A stretch of DNA of 64,000 nucleotides from an uncultured Planctomycetota bacterium. Its GTDB lineage: Bacteria; Planctomycetota; Planctomycetia; Isosphaerales; Isosphaeraceae. The stretch spans positions 96,001 to 160,000 of the forward strand of contig CAWJTV010000034.1 in NCBI GenBank assembly GCA_963845755.1, read 5' to 3'. This document shows positions 11,437-22,556 of this stretch, piece after piece (the stretch's first letter is position 1; each line of letters opens with the position of its first letter). Both the position numbers and the translations under genes were made by a program. A model generated the notes under the pieces. The model was given only the letters and a program-made list of their open reading frames with translations. It had not been told where the DNA came from and did no database searches.

Positions 11437-11496
11437 GTAGGGTGGGTGAAACCCACCAAGAAGACGCTCGATCCTGGTGGGTTTCACCCACCCTAC
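11437..11496. repeat. REP doublet/REPIN (family A)
   Basis: GTAGGGTGGGTGAAACCCACC ... GGTGGGTTTCACCCACCCTAC; copies at 54146 and 50926. Confidence 0.85.
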
Positions 11497-11895
11497 TCAG
11501 TTCTCGGATCGTCTCTAAGGTTTCTACGGCCGGCGATCCCGGAGAGTTCTGCTGCGATCGACTTATTGGCTTCTTTCTCGAAAGGTAACCGGCCTTCACC
11601 CATCCGAGGGAGGTGGAATCCATTAGTCCGCAAGACCTTCCCTGACACGCCATGAGCTGAGGAATCCTGGTCGGTGTTGCGAGACATCAACACGCAGTGA
11701 GGAATTCTGTCAGCATCCCTCACAAATCATTATTGCGCGACTAACACTTTACATCAGAGGGCGAAGAGTGCGCCCGCACGAACATGCGGCTTGCTGAATC
11801 GGCGTGCCTCTGCGGGTTGATGCCGCAAGCCCATGGATCTTGCAGCGATCCGAAAAACCACCTTGAAGAAACCGACTCATTTCATGGGAGTCCTG

Positions 11896-12594
11896 ATGCG
11901 TCCGAACGCCATCTTGACGGCAATCGCCTTGTTTGCGTCCATGATCGGCGCCGCCGATGCCGGGCAGCTCACCGACCTGCAACTCTTCGATGGGACATCC
12001 GGGTCGCCCACGGTCACGATCGACTACACCAACGCCGACGGCACCGGTAAGGACTCGGCCTACGTCTACGCCGATCCCCAGGTGAGCAATGGCACAACCA
12101 ATCCGATGTATTACTGCGTGGACCTCTGGCACGACAACTACCTGGGATCAACCTACACGATCAACCGCGTCTCGAGCCTGGCGTTCAGCAACAGCACGTT
12201 CTCCGACGTGGACAACCGGATCGGCTGGCTGCTGACCCAGGACCAGAGCACGCCCGACGCCCGCGCCGCCGTGCAACTGGCTATCTGGTACACGACGGAT
12301 GACGTCCACAACTCTCAACTGGACGGCTTCTCGATCCAGACCAGTGATGCCACGATCACCAACGACTATGACAGGCTCATCGAGTTCGCCGGATACAACC
12401 CCAATACTCCCTACCTCGCCGACTTCTGGCAGGCGACCCACGATCCTTCCAACACGCTGTACCAGAACCTGGTCAGCGCTTCTGGGAGCTTCAGCCCGTT
12501 AGCAATCTCGATCCCCGAGCCCGGCAGCCTCGCCCTGGCGGGCATCGGCCTGCTCTCGGTGGCGGGCGCCGACTTCTGGCGGCGCAGGTTCTGA
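11896..12594 (+). CDS. PEP-CTERM sorting-domain protein with thioester-domain-like motifs
   Basis: Signal peptide; C-terminal IPEPGSLALAGIGLLSV...RRRF; YYCVD and VQLAIW motifs. Confidence 0.85.
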   Translation: MRPNAILTAIALFASMIGAADAGQLTDLQLFDGTSGSPTVTIDYTNADGTGKDSAYVYADPQVSNGTTNPMYYCVDLWHDNYLGSTYTINRVSSLAFSNSTFSDVDNRIGWLLTQDQSTPDARAAVQLAIWYTTDDVHNSQLDGFSIQTSDATITNDYDRLIEFAGYNPNTPYLADFWQATHDPSNTLYQNLVSASGSFSPLAISIPEPGSLALAGIGLLSVAGADFWRRRF

Positions 12595-12663
12595 ACGACC
12601 CAGGATGGGGACGGATTCCGCCGGATTCGGGCGTCGTCAGCACGCGACCCGCGAATCCGACGG

Positions 12664-14973
12664 TTACTTCGGTAGCGGGATCGATTGGCGTTCGATCGAC
12701 CGGTAGTCCGGTGCGAGCTCGGTCACCTCGATGATCTGGTCGGCCGCGATGTCGCGGAAGACCTGGCTGGTCCCACTGGTCGGCCAGTCGATCTGGAGCA
12801 CCGCGACGCGATCGGCCTTGCCCAGGCCGATCGTCTGTCGCAACGGGTTGGCCCCGAAGCTCGATCCCGAAGAGACGTGCCGGTGGACGGTCAGCGGATG
12901 CTCGCCGGCCGTGACCACCTTGATCCGGGCGCCGATGGCCGCGCGGTTGGTCTTGCTCCCGATCAGCCTGACCGTCAGCCAGTGGTTCTCCCGGCCCGGG
13001 TTCTGAAACAGAATATTATGATATTTGTCGCCATGGGTCACGCCACCCATCTGGATGAAGACGTCGATGTCGCCGTCATCGTCCCAGTCGCCGCAGGCCA
13101 CGGCATGACCTTTCTGGAGGTGGCCGGTCCCCGAGGAGCCGGTGATCTCCGCGAACCGCGTGCCGTCAACGTTCTTGAACATTCGGTTGGGGACCAGGGT
13201 GCCCAGGTCGGGATCGCCGGTACCCAGATACATGTCGAGGAAGCCGTCGTTGTCGAGATCGCCGTAATTACTCCCCATCGTGGCGAAGACCATGTCCAGC
13301 CCGGCTTCTCTCAACCGGTCCTCGAAGCCGTGGCCGCCGCGATTGTGGAAGAGGCGATTCGAGAATCGGTGGTGAGTCTGGCCGAGGAGTCCGCGGACGA
13401 CATCGGCGAGCGAACGATCGTAGCTGGTCGCGAAGAGATCCAGCCAGCCGTCATTGTCGTAGTCCCAGGCCCAGCATGAGAAACCCCCGCGTGGCCCGTC
13501 GATTTCCATCGGTGCGGTCGCGTCACGGAAGGTACCGTCGCCCTGATTGCGATACAGCCGGGGGAGTCCACTCATACAGGTCACGAAGAGGTCGGGGAAA
13601 CGATCGTTGTCGTAGTCGATCCAGGCGCACCCCTTGTTGAACGCGTCCGCATCTCCAGCGACTCCGGCCTGGGCCGCGACTTCCGCGAAAGTGCCATTTC
13701 CCCGATTGCGGTAGAGGCGGTTAGGCTGCTTCTCGCAGGCGATGAAGAGGTCGAGCCAGCCGTCGTTGTCGTAGTCGGCCCAGGCCGCCGCGTTGGAATT
13801 GACCGCTTCGAGCAGGCCGGCTTTCTCCGTGACGTCGATGAAACGGCCGTTGCCATCGTTCTTCAGCAGCGACGGCCGGATCGGGAAAGGCAGCCACGCA
13901 CCCCGCGGGATGAAGAGGTCCAGGTGGCCATCGTTGTCGTAATCGGTCTGGTAGCAGACCAGGCCGCCCATCTGGCTCGAGGCGCCGGCCGAGTCGCTTC
14001 GATCCTCGAACGTGCCATCTCCCCGGTTGTGATAGAACGCCAACGGCTGAGTGGGGTCCATGGAGGTCACGACGACGTCGAGACGGCCATCGCCGTCGAA
14101 ATCGTCCATCACCGCGCCGCCCGCTTGGTTAAGGCGGTCGAGACCCACGATATGACCGACGTCTCGGAACTTGCCGATATCGAACTCGGACGCGAGGAAT
14201 CGATCCAGGGAGACCCGGAATCGCGGCTCGATTCTCTCCGGGTATTCGCCCAGGGTCATATGGGCCAGATTCAAGAGCCAGCGGACGCCGAGGTCCTCGG
14301 GGAACCGCTCGAGATACTCGTGAAAATGCCGGATGGCCAGTCGAGACCCGGCGGGATTCGTATGCACGGCGGCCGGGACGATGGGGAGGATGCAGGAACT
14401 CTCGCCCCGGCAGTCGATGCAGTTGTCATTCTCGCCGCGACGCAGGGCGGTCACTCCCTGGAAGTAGATGACGGTATAGAGCCACCGTTCGGCCAGAGGA
14501 ACCCGCGACTCCAGCGACGTCCGAGCCTCTTCGAGGATGCGATAGGCTCGCGCCGGCTCACCCTGGTAATTGATGAGCGAGGCTTTCATCAGGGTCAGGG
14601 TGATGCGGCGTTCCTCGGACGTATCCGAACGGGCGAGAGTCTGGTCCAGGCGTTCGATGTCCCGATCGCCCGCATGGCGGAAGACATCAGCGACCTGCTC
14701 CAAACTGGCCGTGGACGGCCAGCGTTCGAGCATCGGCAGGATCGCCATGAAGCCGCCGGTATCGAGCGACGCTCGCTCCCGGTAGGCCAGTTGCGCCGAC
14801 ACGCCGGCCCGGTGAGTTGCGAGGCCCCTCCAATACTTCATGACCGCCCCCGCGATCGTCGCCGCGAGCAGTAGCAATCCGAGCAAGAGCTTCGCGATCC
14901 CGCCGACCCGGCGTCTCTGGGGGACAATCCGATCCATGGGAGGTTGCTCGCCTTGGCCGTGGCCATTGACCAT
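12664..14973 (-). CDS. CRTAC1 family protein (FG-GAP repeats + ASPIC/UnbV)
   Basis: Multiple DYDNDGWLDL repeats; C-terminal NRAAIGARIKV. Confidence 0.9.
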   Translation of the reverse strand: MVNGHGQGEQPPMDRIVPQRRRVGGIAKLLLGLLLLAATIAGAVMKYWRGLATHRAGVSAQLAYRERASLDTGGFMAILPMLERWPSTASLEQVADVFRHAGDRDIERLDQTLARSDTSEERRITLTLMKASLINYQGEPARAYRILEEARTSLESRVPLAERWLYTVIYFQGVTALRRGENDNCIDCRGESSCILPIVPAAVHTNPAGSRLAIRHFHEYLERFPEDLGVRWLLNLAHMTLGEYPERIEPRFRVSLDRFLASEFDIGKFRDVGHIVGLDRLNQAGGAVMDDFDGDGRLDVVVTSMDPTQPLAFYHNRGDGTFEDRSDSAGASSQMGGLVCYQTDYDNDGHLDLFIPRGAWLPFPIRPSLLKNDGNGRFIDVTEKAGLLEAVNSNAAAWADYDNDGWLDLFIACEKQPNRLYRNRGNGTFAEVAAQAGVAGDADAFNKGCAWIDYDNDRFPDLFVTCMSGLPRLYRNQGDGTFRDATAPMEIDGPRGGFSCWAWDYDNDGWLDLFATSYDRSLADVVRGLLGQTHHRFSNRLFHNRGGHGFEDRLREAGLDMVFATMGSNYGDLDNDGFLDMYLGTGDPDLGTLVPNRMFKNVDGTRFAEITGSSGTGHLQKGHAVACGDWDDDGDIDVFIQMGGVTHGDKYHNILFQNPGRENHWLTVRLIGSKTNRAAIGARIKVVTAGEHPLTVHRHVSSGSSFGANPLRQTIGLGKADRVAVLQIDWPTSGTSQVFRDIAADQIIEVTELAPDYRSIERQSIPLPK

Positions 14974-15118
14974 TCAGGACGCGGGTGTTGTCTTGTGCCG
15001 TACGGGCCAGTATAACGCGCCTCGATCGACGTTCCGAAGTCCGCCGCGGGGAAACCCGCAGGATTCCGGGTCGTCGCTTGCGGCTACGGCTGCACGAAGG
15101 ACATCCTGAGCGGCGTAT

Positions 15119-16261
15119 TCAGGACGACCGCGTACGACGGGCGAGGAGGGCCTCGACCAGGAGATCGTTGGCGTTTTGCCAGCGGTAGTGTCCGGCGATC
15201 GCCCGGCCCAGCATGGCCCGACGCGTCCGTTCGGAGGAGTCGTCGAGCAAGCGGCGCAGACTATCGGCGATCGCGTCCTCGGAATAGGGGTTGAAATACC
15301 AGGCCGCCTCGCCGCCGATCTCGGGCAGGGCAGTCGAGTCGGCCAGCGCGATGGGGAGTCCTTGTGACATCGCCTCGACGGCGGGGATTCCGAAGCTCTC
15401 GCAGAGCGAGGGGAAGACCAGGGCCGTGGCCTCGGCATAGACGGCACGCAGAGCTCGGCCCTGACGGTAGCCCGGCATGCGAATGAGGGCGCGTCGCCCC
15501 GCCGCGACCGCCGCGTCGCGCAACGGGCGAGCCGCCTCCTCGGCGCCGGCACCGATGAGCACCAACGCCAGATCGCCGGCTGCGACTTCGGGCAGCCGGG
15601 CGGCGGCATTGATCAGACGCACCAGGTTCTTCCGCGGCTGGAAGTTCGCCACGGATAGCAGATACGGGACCTTCGGAGGCAGACCCAGGTCCTCGCGGAC
15701 CCGTTCCCGGTCGTGGTTCGGAGCCGGCTCGAAAAACAGGTCGTCGGCCGCGTTGGGCACGTATGCCACACGACCTCGGCAGGCCGGGAACGCGTCGAGC
15801 AGTTGCTCGGTGTTGAATCGGGAGACGGAGAGGATCAGATCGGCCGGTTCGAGGACGCGGGCCAGCAGGTCCCGTCTTCGCGGCGACTCGAAGCGCAGGG
15901 TCTGCAATACGTCGTGGCTGGTCACCGCCCGCCGAGCCGTTCGGGTAGGGACCAGGAACTCGGCCGGGCAGTACAGCCAGTCGATCGGGCCGGTCCACCA
16001 CTCGATCGGCGGCCAGGGCTTGATCCGCCACCAACGCAGGAGGTCGCGGGTGCGCAAGGGCAGCTCGCGCCGCGAGGCCAGATCGAGCGACTCCCAGTAG
16101 GCCAGGCCATCAGGATGCTTCATCCGTCCAGTCAGCAGGCGGAACGCGATTCCCGGCCGGCGTGCCAGTCGTTCGAGCTGTGCCAGGGCATGTCGGGTGA
16201 CGCCAGTCGGTGTGCGACAGGCGTCCATGTCGTACAGCAAGGCGACCCGCAAGTCCGGCAT
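15119..16261 (-). CDS. Glycosyltransferase family 4
   Basis: PRKNL; FPSLCESFGIPAVEAM (ExFGxxxxEA); start could be 16324. Confidence 0.9.
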   Translation of the reverse strand: MPDLRVALLYDMDACRTPTGVTRHALAQLERLARRPGIAFRLLTGRMKHPDGLAYWESLDLASRRELPLRTRDLLRWWRIKPWPPIEWWTGPIDWLYCPAEFLVPTRTARRAVTSHDVLQTLRFESPRRRDLLARVLEPADLILSVSRFNTEQLLDAFPACRGRVAYVPNAADDLFFEPAPNHDRERVREDLGLPPKVPYLLSVANFQPRKNLVRLINAAARLPEVAAGDLALVLIGAGAEEAARPLRDAAVAAGRRALIRMPGYRQGRALRAVYAEATALVFPSLCESFGIPAVEAMSQGLPIALADSTALPEIGGEAAWYFNPYSEDAIADSLRRLLDDSSERTRRAMLGRAIAGHYRWQNANDLLVEALLARRTRSS

Positions 16262-16605
16262 CGCCGGCGCGGAGGTCGCCGTGTCGATCGTCCTGAGCCC
16301 GAGCTGCGCATCTCCTGTCACCATCCCTGCCCCCCACTTTCCACCCCTGGTGATCGTCGATCCTTATGGCGGGTTGATCGTAGGACAGCCCGCTTCGACT
16401 GTCAATTCCGGCGTCCGGCAGCGAGGGCCGGGCGCGTGGAACGCTCCGGTCTGACGAATCGTCGTGGCGCGGAGCTTGAATCCTGGCGAACCGGGATCAA
16501 CAATAGGAATCGATTGAACGGAGGACGCGCCGATGAGCGGGCGCTCACCCGCCCAGATGGAGCCGCGAGCGGCCAGACGGGGCCGGATCACGAAGGAGCC
16601 CAAGC

Positions 16606-17346
16606 ATGGGAATGAGTCGCGACGAGAGTCAAGAGGTACGGCGGTCATCAGGAGCAGTCGCTCCGCCCCAGGGCCGCCACGCGCTTCGCGAGCAGGAGGT
16701 GCTCTGGACCGAGTTCCTGGCCCTGGCCCGTACGGTCGTCGACTCGCTGGCCAAGAGCATCGACGCACTCTGTGAACGGCGCCTCGAGCTGGTGCCCGAA
16801 GTCAAGAGCGTGGAAGAAGAGTCCGATCGGGAAGAAGTGCGCATCGAGCAAGAGTGTCTGCGGATCCTGGCTCTCTATGAGCCGGTCGCCTCGGACCTGC
16901 GGCGGCTGGCAACCATCTTGAAGGTCAATCACGATTGGGAACGGATCGCCGATCTGGCGGCCCGGATCGCGCGACGTGCCCGCAAACTCGCCAAGAAGTG
17001 GGAGGGCGTCCCGATCCCCGAGCCCCTCAATACGCTCGCACGCGACGTGCTCGGCCAGGTTCGCGCGAGCTACGACGCCCTGAGCAACCGCGACTCCCAG
17101 CGAGCCCGGGCCGTCATCGACGGAGACCGCGCGATCAACCGGCAATATCACCAGCTCCGCAAGGGGCTCAAGGAAGACCTCCGCTTGCATGCCGGCCAGC
17201 TCAACGTCTGGCTCCAGTTCATGAGCACCGCACGGAACCTCGAGCGCATTGCCGATCACGCCACCGACATCGCGCAGACGATCGTCTACCTCCAGGAGGG
17301 GATCATCATCCGCCACAAGACGGAACCCTCCCCCGCGAACCCGTGA
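16606..17346 (+). CDS. phoU: Phosphate signalling protein PhoU
   Basis: PVASDLR, WERIADLA, NLERIADHATDIA. Confidence 0.9.
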   Translation: MGMSRDESQEVRRSSGAVAPPQGRHALREQEVLWTEFLALARTVVDSLAKSIDALCERRLELVPEVKSVEEESDREEVRIEQECLRILALYEPVASDLRRLATILKVNHDWERIADLAARIARRARKLAKKWEGVPIPEPLNTLARDVLGQVRASYDALSNRDSQRARAVIDGDRAINRQYHQLRKGLKEDLRLHAGQLNVWLQFMSTARNLERIADHATDIAQTIVYLQEGIIIRHKTEPSPANP

Positions 17347-17452
17347 TCGCCCCGTACGGATGATGGGTCGCGTGTGGCGAGGCGAGACCGGTTCTCGAGC
17401 TGGTGACTTCGAACACGCAACGCTTCTCGAACAGTCGATTTCCCGGAGATCC

Positions 17453-18013
17453 ATGATGCCGCACCCGATTCGCCGATTTCGAGCTACGGGACTGGCCACG
17501 GTCCTGACCTTCGCAATCCTCGGCCTTGCCGCCGGAGTGCGAGCCGGTGCGAAGCCGAGTGCGCCCCTGCAACCACAGGCCCCTACGGGATCCTCGATTC
17601 TGCTGGAAGTCCAGGGGGAGGTGGCTCATCCGCTCTCCTGGACGGCGACCGAATTCGCCAAGCTGCCGCGACAGTCGGTGCGAGCCAAGGGCCACGACGG
17701 AGTCGAGTCGCAGTATCAGGGCGTGTCCTTGATCGAGGCCCTGGCGAGAGCCGGCGTCCCGTCGGGAAAAGAGCTGCGCGGCAAGGCGTTGAGCCTCTTC
17801 GTCGTCGTCGAGGCAGCCGACGGTTACCGCGCAGTCTACGCACTTGCGGAGTTGGACCCGGAATTCACCGATCGGGTGATCCTGGTGGCCGACCGCCGGG
17901 ATGACAAGCCGCTGCCCGCCCACTCGGGGCCGCTCCAGGTGATCGTGCCCGGAGAGAAGAAGCACGCGCGCTGGGTCCGCCAGGTAATCCGGATCAAAGT
18001 TGGTCGAGCGTAG
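17453..18013 (+). CDS. Molybdopterin-dependent oxidoreductase-like secreted protein
   Basis: Signal peptide, YQGVSL, AADGYRA, GPLQVIVPGEK, RWVRQV. Confidence 0.75.
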   Translation: MMPHPIRRFRATGLATVLTFAILGLAAGVRAGAKPSAPLQPQAPTGSSILLEVQGEVAHPLSWTATEFAKLPRQSVRAKGHDGVESQYQGVSLIEALARAGVPSGKELRGKALSLFVVVEAADGYRAVYALAELDPEFTDRVILVADRRDDKPLPAHSGPLQVIVPGEKKHARWVRQVIRIKVGRA

Positions 18014-18068
18014 AACCAGGCCGCCATGGGAATCAAGCAAGTCCTCTTCCGTTGACCACGAGCGTTCC

Positions 18069-18488
18069 TTACTCGATATGCTCGACGGTCCAACCGCGCG
18101 TGGCGACCAGGAAGTCGGCGATGAACTGGCGGTGGCAGTCGGCCACGCGTTTCTCGGCGCACAACAAGCAGAAAGGCTGGAGAAGGTCATCCAGCCGGCC
18201 GATCAGCAAGTCCCCGGTGCGCTCGAAGAGTACGCGGTAGGGCGGACGCCAATCGTCAAGGTCCCGGAACAGGTTGCCGAGTTCGAGGATGGAGTGATAC
18301 GCGATCCCCCTGTCGCCGAGCAGTTTCTCGATTCCTTTATTGGCGGATCGCGCCTTGACGTAGGCGCCCATGCTGGCGCTCTCCGGTCGAATTCGGACAT
18401 CGGCGATCGAGCGTATGCCGTGGCCGACCAGGAGGTCCGCGAACTCATCCGGCCGCCGTCCGCCGTAGCCGATGGTGTAGAACGTCAT
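18069..18488 (-). CDS. DUF488 family protein
   Basis: YTIGYG, ADVR, LLCAE, CHR. Confidence 0.85.
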   Translation of the reverse strand: MTFYTIGYGGRRPDEFADLLVGHGIRSIADVRIRPESASMGAYVKARSANKGIEKLLGDRGIAYHSILELGNLFRDLDDWRPPYRVLFERTGDLLIGRLDDLLQPFCLLCAEKRVADCHRQFIADFLVATRGWTVEHIE

Positions 18489-18570
18489 CGGGAAACCCTG
18501 ATCGTCATGAGATGGATATGGAGAACCGAGACATCGGCCTCGGCGAACCGGCTTTCTTCGAGTGTGACTG

Positions 18571-18691
18571 AGAATCGGTCCCAGAAGGGCGGGCGGGGGG
18601 CGTCAGCCCCCTGTCCGGTGAGCGACGGACCTCCAAGACAGGGGGCTGACGCCCCCCGCTCGCCCGGACCGGCCTCTTCTGGGACAGACTC
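18571..18691. repeat. ~120-bp palindromic MITE-like element, copy 1 (left end degenerate)
   Basis: Near-identical to 51020-51139; nested inverted repeats. Confidence 0.85.
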
Positions 18692-18756
18692 CGAGACTCG
18701 CCCCTCACTGCGAGTGACGGTCAACCCACGTCAGACGATGAGCGTCACAGCCACCC

Positions 18757-19206
18757 TCATCGCGGCTCGACGTTCACCTCAGTCTTCACGGAGTTGGCGA
18801 TGAAGCAGGCGTGGTGGGCCTGATCGTGGAGTTGTCGAACCTCCTCGTTTGAGGGCGTCCGTTCACCGGCGAACCGGACCTCGGGTTGTAACGTCACCCG
18901 GGTCATGGCCAGGCGACCCGACGCGTCCTTTTCGAGGATGCCGACTGCCTGGTCGCGGTAACTCTCGACGTTGAAACGCTTCCTGCAGGCGATGGCCAGG
19001 AACGTCAGCATGTGACAGCTCGACAGGCTGACGACGAACGCCTCCTCGGGATCGACGCAAGATTCACTGCCCAAATAAACCGGGTTGGCCGACGCCCGGA
19101 CCCGAATGCCCGCGTCGAAGATCCAGTCGTGATCGCGGTTGTAGGTTTCGTAGGTGAAGTCGGCGGTCTCCCGCTTCCATTCGACCGTGGCCTTGTGCTC
19201 GGACAT
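18757..19206 (-). CDS. OsmC family protein
   Basis: DPEEAFVVSLSSCHMLTFL, AHHACFIANSV. Confidence 0.9.
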   Translation of the reverse strand: MSEHKATVEWKRETADFTYETYNRDHDWIFDAGIRVRASANPVYLGSESCVDPEEAFVVSLSSCHMLTFLAIACRKRFNVESYRDQAVGILEKDASGRLAMTRVTLQPEVRFAGERTPSNEEVRQLHDQAHHACFIANSVKTEVNVEPR

Positions 19207-19232
19207 GGCGTGTCTCCTCTTGATACCGGATT

Positions 19233-19814
19233 CTACCCACCTCGCCCCGCCGCTCCCACCCAGTCAGTCGGATCGGCGTCATCCCATCGGACATCGCCGG
19301 AAGGTCCGGAGATCGACGGTACGTGGCGACCGGCCAGTCGCAGCCACGTCTGGACCTGAGTCCGGTGGTGGCAGGTGTGCAGCACGCGTCGCCAGAACGT
19401 CCAGATCCGCTGTCGCGTCCCCCCGCCGAAGAACGGCATCTCGGTCGGCCACCACGCGGCGCTGGCCTCGGCGAGCTGAGGCAATCGCTGCCTTGCCAGG
19501 AAGAAATCCCGGTTCAGGTAGGCCTGGACCGTCGGTGGTTCACCCGGTGGCAACAGTTCGTCGGCTGGCGGTTCCTGAGTGCCAATGAACTGGGCGAAGA
19601 ACCGGCGCCCCGAGAGGATTTGATGGACAAGGATGTCCCGAATCGTATTCGTTTTCTCGTGCGGTCTGAACTCGAGTTGATCGTCCGGGATCGCTCGCCA
19701 GAGGCTGGCCGTTTTGTTCGTCTCGCTTGTGTACGTCGTGCGGAGGTGCAGAAAAAGCCGGTCGCTCGCGGCCGGGATGTCCTTGTCGGGGATGGCGATG
19801 AACTCGTATTTCAT
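19233..19814 (-). CDS. DinB family protein
   Basis: FRPHEK, ILVHQ, HTCHHRTQV. Confidence 0.8.
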   Translation of the reverse strand: MKYEFIAIPDKDIPAASDRLFLHLRTTYTSETNKTASLWRAIPDDQLEFRPHEKTNTIRDILVHQILSGRRFFAQFIGTQEPPADELLPPGEPPTVQAYLNRDFFLARQRLPQLAEASAAWWPTEMPFFGGGTRQRIWTFWRRVLHTCHHRTQVQTWLRLAGRHVPSISGPSGDVRWDDADPTDWVGAAGRGG

Positions 19815-20190
19815 GGAACAACCCTCGCCGCGGAAACGCCGACACTCGCTCATGCACGATCAGGAATACTCAGGCGCCCCTCGCTGCGTTGGTCAGATGG
19901 TTTCTTCGGCGCGTCAAAGGCCAGCGTCGGTCTGCGCGGCGCCGAGACTGATGCTATCATAACGAAGAGCGGCTGTCTTCGAGAAGGAACTGAGCGTGAC
20001 CAGGCATGAATACCCGGATGAGGTCTCGCCGTGAGCGCGGAACCGGGCGAGTGGTCACCAGGATTGCGAGGAGGCCATTTCCGGCAGGAGACTGGCACGC
20101 CGCAGATTCGGAGTCGGTCCCCTGCGGGAATTGGCTCGCAAGCCGCTAGCGTCTTCTCAACCAACATACCGTATCGAAGTGGTGAGCCGA

Positions 20191-20726
20191 ATGATGTCCG
20201 ACGATCTCCAGGCCATGTACCGCTACCTCGACACGTTGACGGCCGGGCCCAACCTGTCCCGTCTGCTCGAAGAATTGTCGCGATTCGAGATCAACCTTGA
20301 CGACCTGTCCGAATACATGCACTTCGCGGGGAACGGCTACAAGCGCAACCTCGTGCGCTCTCGCCGAATTACCAGGCCTGGATGCTCTGCTGGAAGAACG
20401 GCCAGCGTTCGCCAATCCACAACCATAGCGGGTCGGCGTGCGTGGTGCGCGTGCTGCGTGGCACGCTGACCGAGACGCTCTTCGAGATAGCGCCGAACGG
20501 CCATGTCAAGGCATCGTTTTCGCGCGATTTCGCCGAGGGTAGCCTGATCGGCAGCGAGGACACGGACATCCACCAAGTCTCGAACTTGCAGGCGGAGGAT
20601 GCCGACCTTGTGACACTACACGTTTACGCGCCGCCACTGACTCGGATGGAGACGTATTCGCTCTACGACGTTAGCCGCGGCTACGAGGTATGGGAACCGG
20701 AGTTCAGTGATGCCGCGGGAATCTGA
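20191..20726 (+). CDS. Cysteine dioxygenase family protein (frameshift near 20365)
   Basis: YKRNLV, LCWKNGQRSPIHNH, IHQVSN, TLHVYAPP. Confidence 0.85.
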
Positions 20727-20804
20727 ATGGACAATGGGATGAGGAGACAGGCACACGTATCCCGGCGACGCGGGTCTCCAGAGTCGAGGTTATCGATCCA
20801 CTCA

Positions 20805-21760
20805 TCAAAGTCCCCGAGGTGGTTCACATAACAGTCGTCGATGATCCTCGCGAGCGATGTTTTCGCCGGTGAGGATGACACAAATCGGCTCCTCTAGCTC
20901 TTCGGCGTGAGTCTGGACATAAGCCAGGGTGATCGCGCTCGACGGTTCGACGACGATCGCCTGAGTCTCGAAAAGCGCTTCAGCGCCGCGCGAATGTCTC
21001 CCTCCGGGACCAGGGAGACTGTCACGCCCGCTTCCGCGATCGCCTGCTGCACCTGGGAGTGGGGGATCTCCAGGATCAGACCGTCTGCGATAGTCGTCGA
21101 GCGTGCGTGGTCGAAACGGGCGTACTTCGGGTAATTGTACGGCTCGCAGCCGAACAGCCGGACCGGGGCCGGGTTGTTCCGCAGGTATGCCTGCAGGCCC
21201 ATGAGCAACCCGCCGCCACCGACCGGAAACACAAGCGACCGGCAATCGGGAAGGTCGTGCAGGATCTCGGCAGCGATGGACTGGTAGCCGTCGGTCCAGA
21301 GCGGGTCCAGGTGGGGATGTACGAAATAGCCCCCGCGTTCCTTGGCGAGGTCGGTGGCGCAGCGAAGGAGGTCGCTGCCCCCGCCGGCAATCTTGATCAA
21401 TTCCACGCCCAGGGCCCTCAGCTTCTCGTCCTTGGCCCGGGCGATGGTTTGCGGCACGACGCCGGTCATACTGAAGCCGAACGCCTGCGCGCGGTCGCCG
21501 CGCCCAGGGCGGTGTTCCCCATCGACGGCACGATCAATTGCCGCGTGCCCCCTTCCCGAATCAAGGTGCTCCAGCAGATGCACCGCCCCGCGAATCTTGA
21601 AACAGCCCGAAGGGGCAAGGAACTCGCACTTGGCGTGCACGTCCACTCCTGGGAAAGAGGTTGCCCAGGCGGATCATCGGCGTCGGCACAAGGGGAAGCA
21701 TGGCGGGTCTCTCGGCAGCAGTTGGCATGCAAGAACGCCCTGTTGTCGATGGTACTAAGT
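20805..21760 (-). CDS. PLP-dependent fold-II enzyme, threonine/serine dehydratase-like (several frameshifts; start approximate)
   Basis: KCEFLAPSGCFKIRGA, PVGGGGL, TIADGL, VEPSSA, ILTGEN spread over several frames. Confidence 0.75.
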
Positions 21761-21818
21761 CCGCCTGAAGTGCACCAGACTCGATGAGGGCGCACCTCCC
21801 GGCGCCCCGTGCATATCG

Positions 21819-22017
21819 TCAGTTGATCAGACTATCATGTCCCCGCGCTGGTCCCGTAGGGAGCTTGTTCAAGTCAACGTTGAAGAACGGGTCTACCTTC
21901 ATGCCGTCGGGGCCGATGTGGACCAACCGGAAGTAGAACCGCCCGGAGTGGTCGAGCGTCGAGAGCAGTGAGTTCATCACGTACATCCGCTTGCCGTCGC
22001 CGGTCACGTGCATCATG
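21819..22017 (-). repeat. Orphan copy of the SBP56 gene 3' end (island boundary)
   Basis: Encodes MMHVTGDGKRMYVMNSLLSTLD...PARGHDSLIN*; about 83% identical by hand alignment to 31687-31886. Confidence 0.9.
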
Positions 22018-22556
22018 CCGAAACGCCGCTTCTCGCAAGCGCCTGCCTGAGCAGCGTTTGCGACGCAAGTTCTTGCCATCCTTATTGTTTGCGACGAAAC
22101 TGGTGGTCACTCGTGATCGCTAGTCATCCCACTATGTCACAGGGAAAATCTTACCCTCGGAAGTTACCCCCGGCTCTATCTCTCTGGCGTGGCCGGATCG
22201 AACCGGCCGAACAGCTTCGAGCCGATTATGTCTCCTCCGCGCAGCGCTACGTCGACGGCGGACGGGTGGATCGCCCGTCGGCCGTCGGCGAGCCTGTGGG
22301 CTACCCTGTCGAGACACACTCTCCCACGACTCAGGATCGCGACCGCATCGCCCCCCGCCTGGTCGTGGAGGAGCCGGCCCAGGCTATCCTCCAGTTCTGA
22401 CGTTCCGGTTCGGTGGAGCAGGAGTTGAAGGGGAGTGAGAGGGTCAACCCCTTTTCTCGACAGCGACCGCCCTCCTCGCCGAAGAGCTGAGGTAATCGTT
22501 GCCACGCCAGGGATAGTAGAGTCTGATCGTTCGATCCTCGTCTAATGACTGATGTG

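Noticed and set aside
22008..22550. Possible integrase remnant or small ORFs at the island end
   Set aside because: No tyrosine or serine recombinase motif in any listed frame; the ORFs read like shadow frames.
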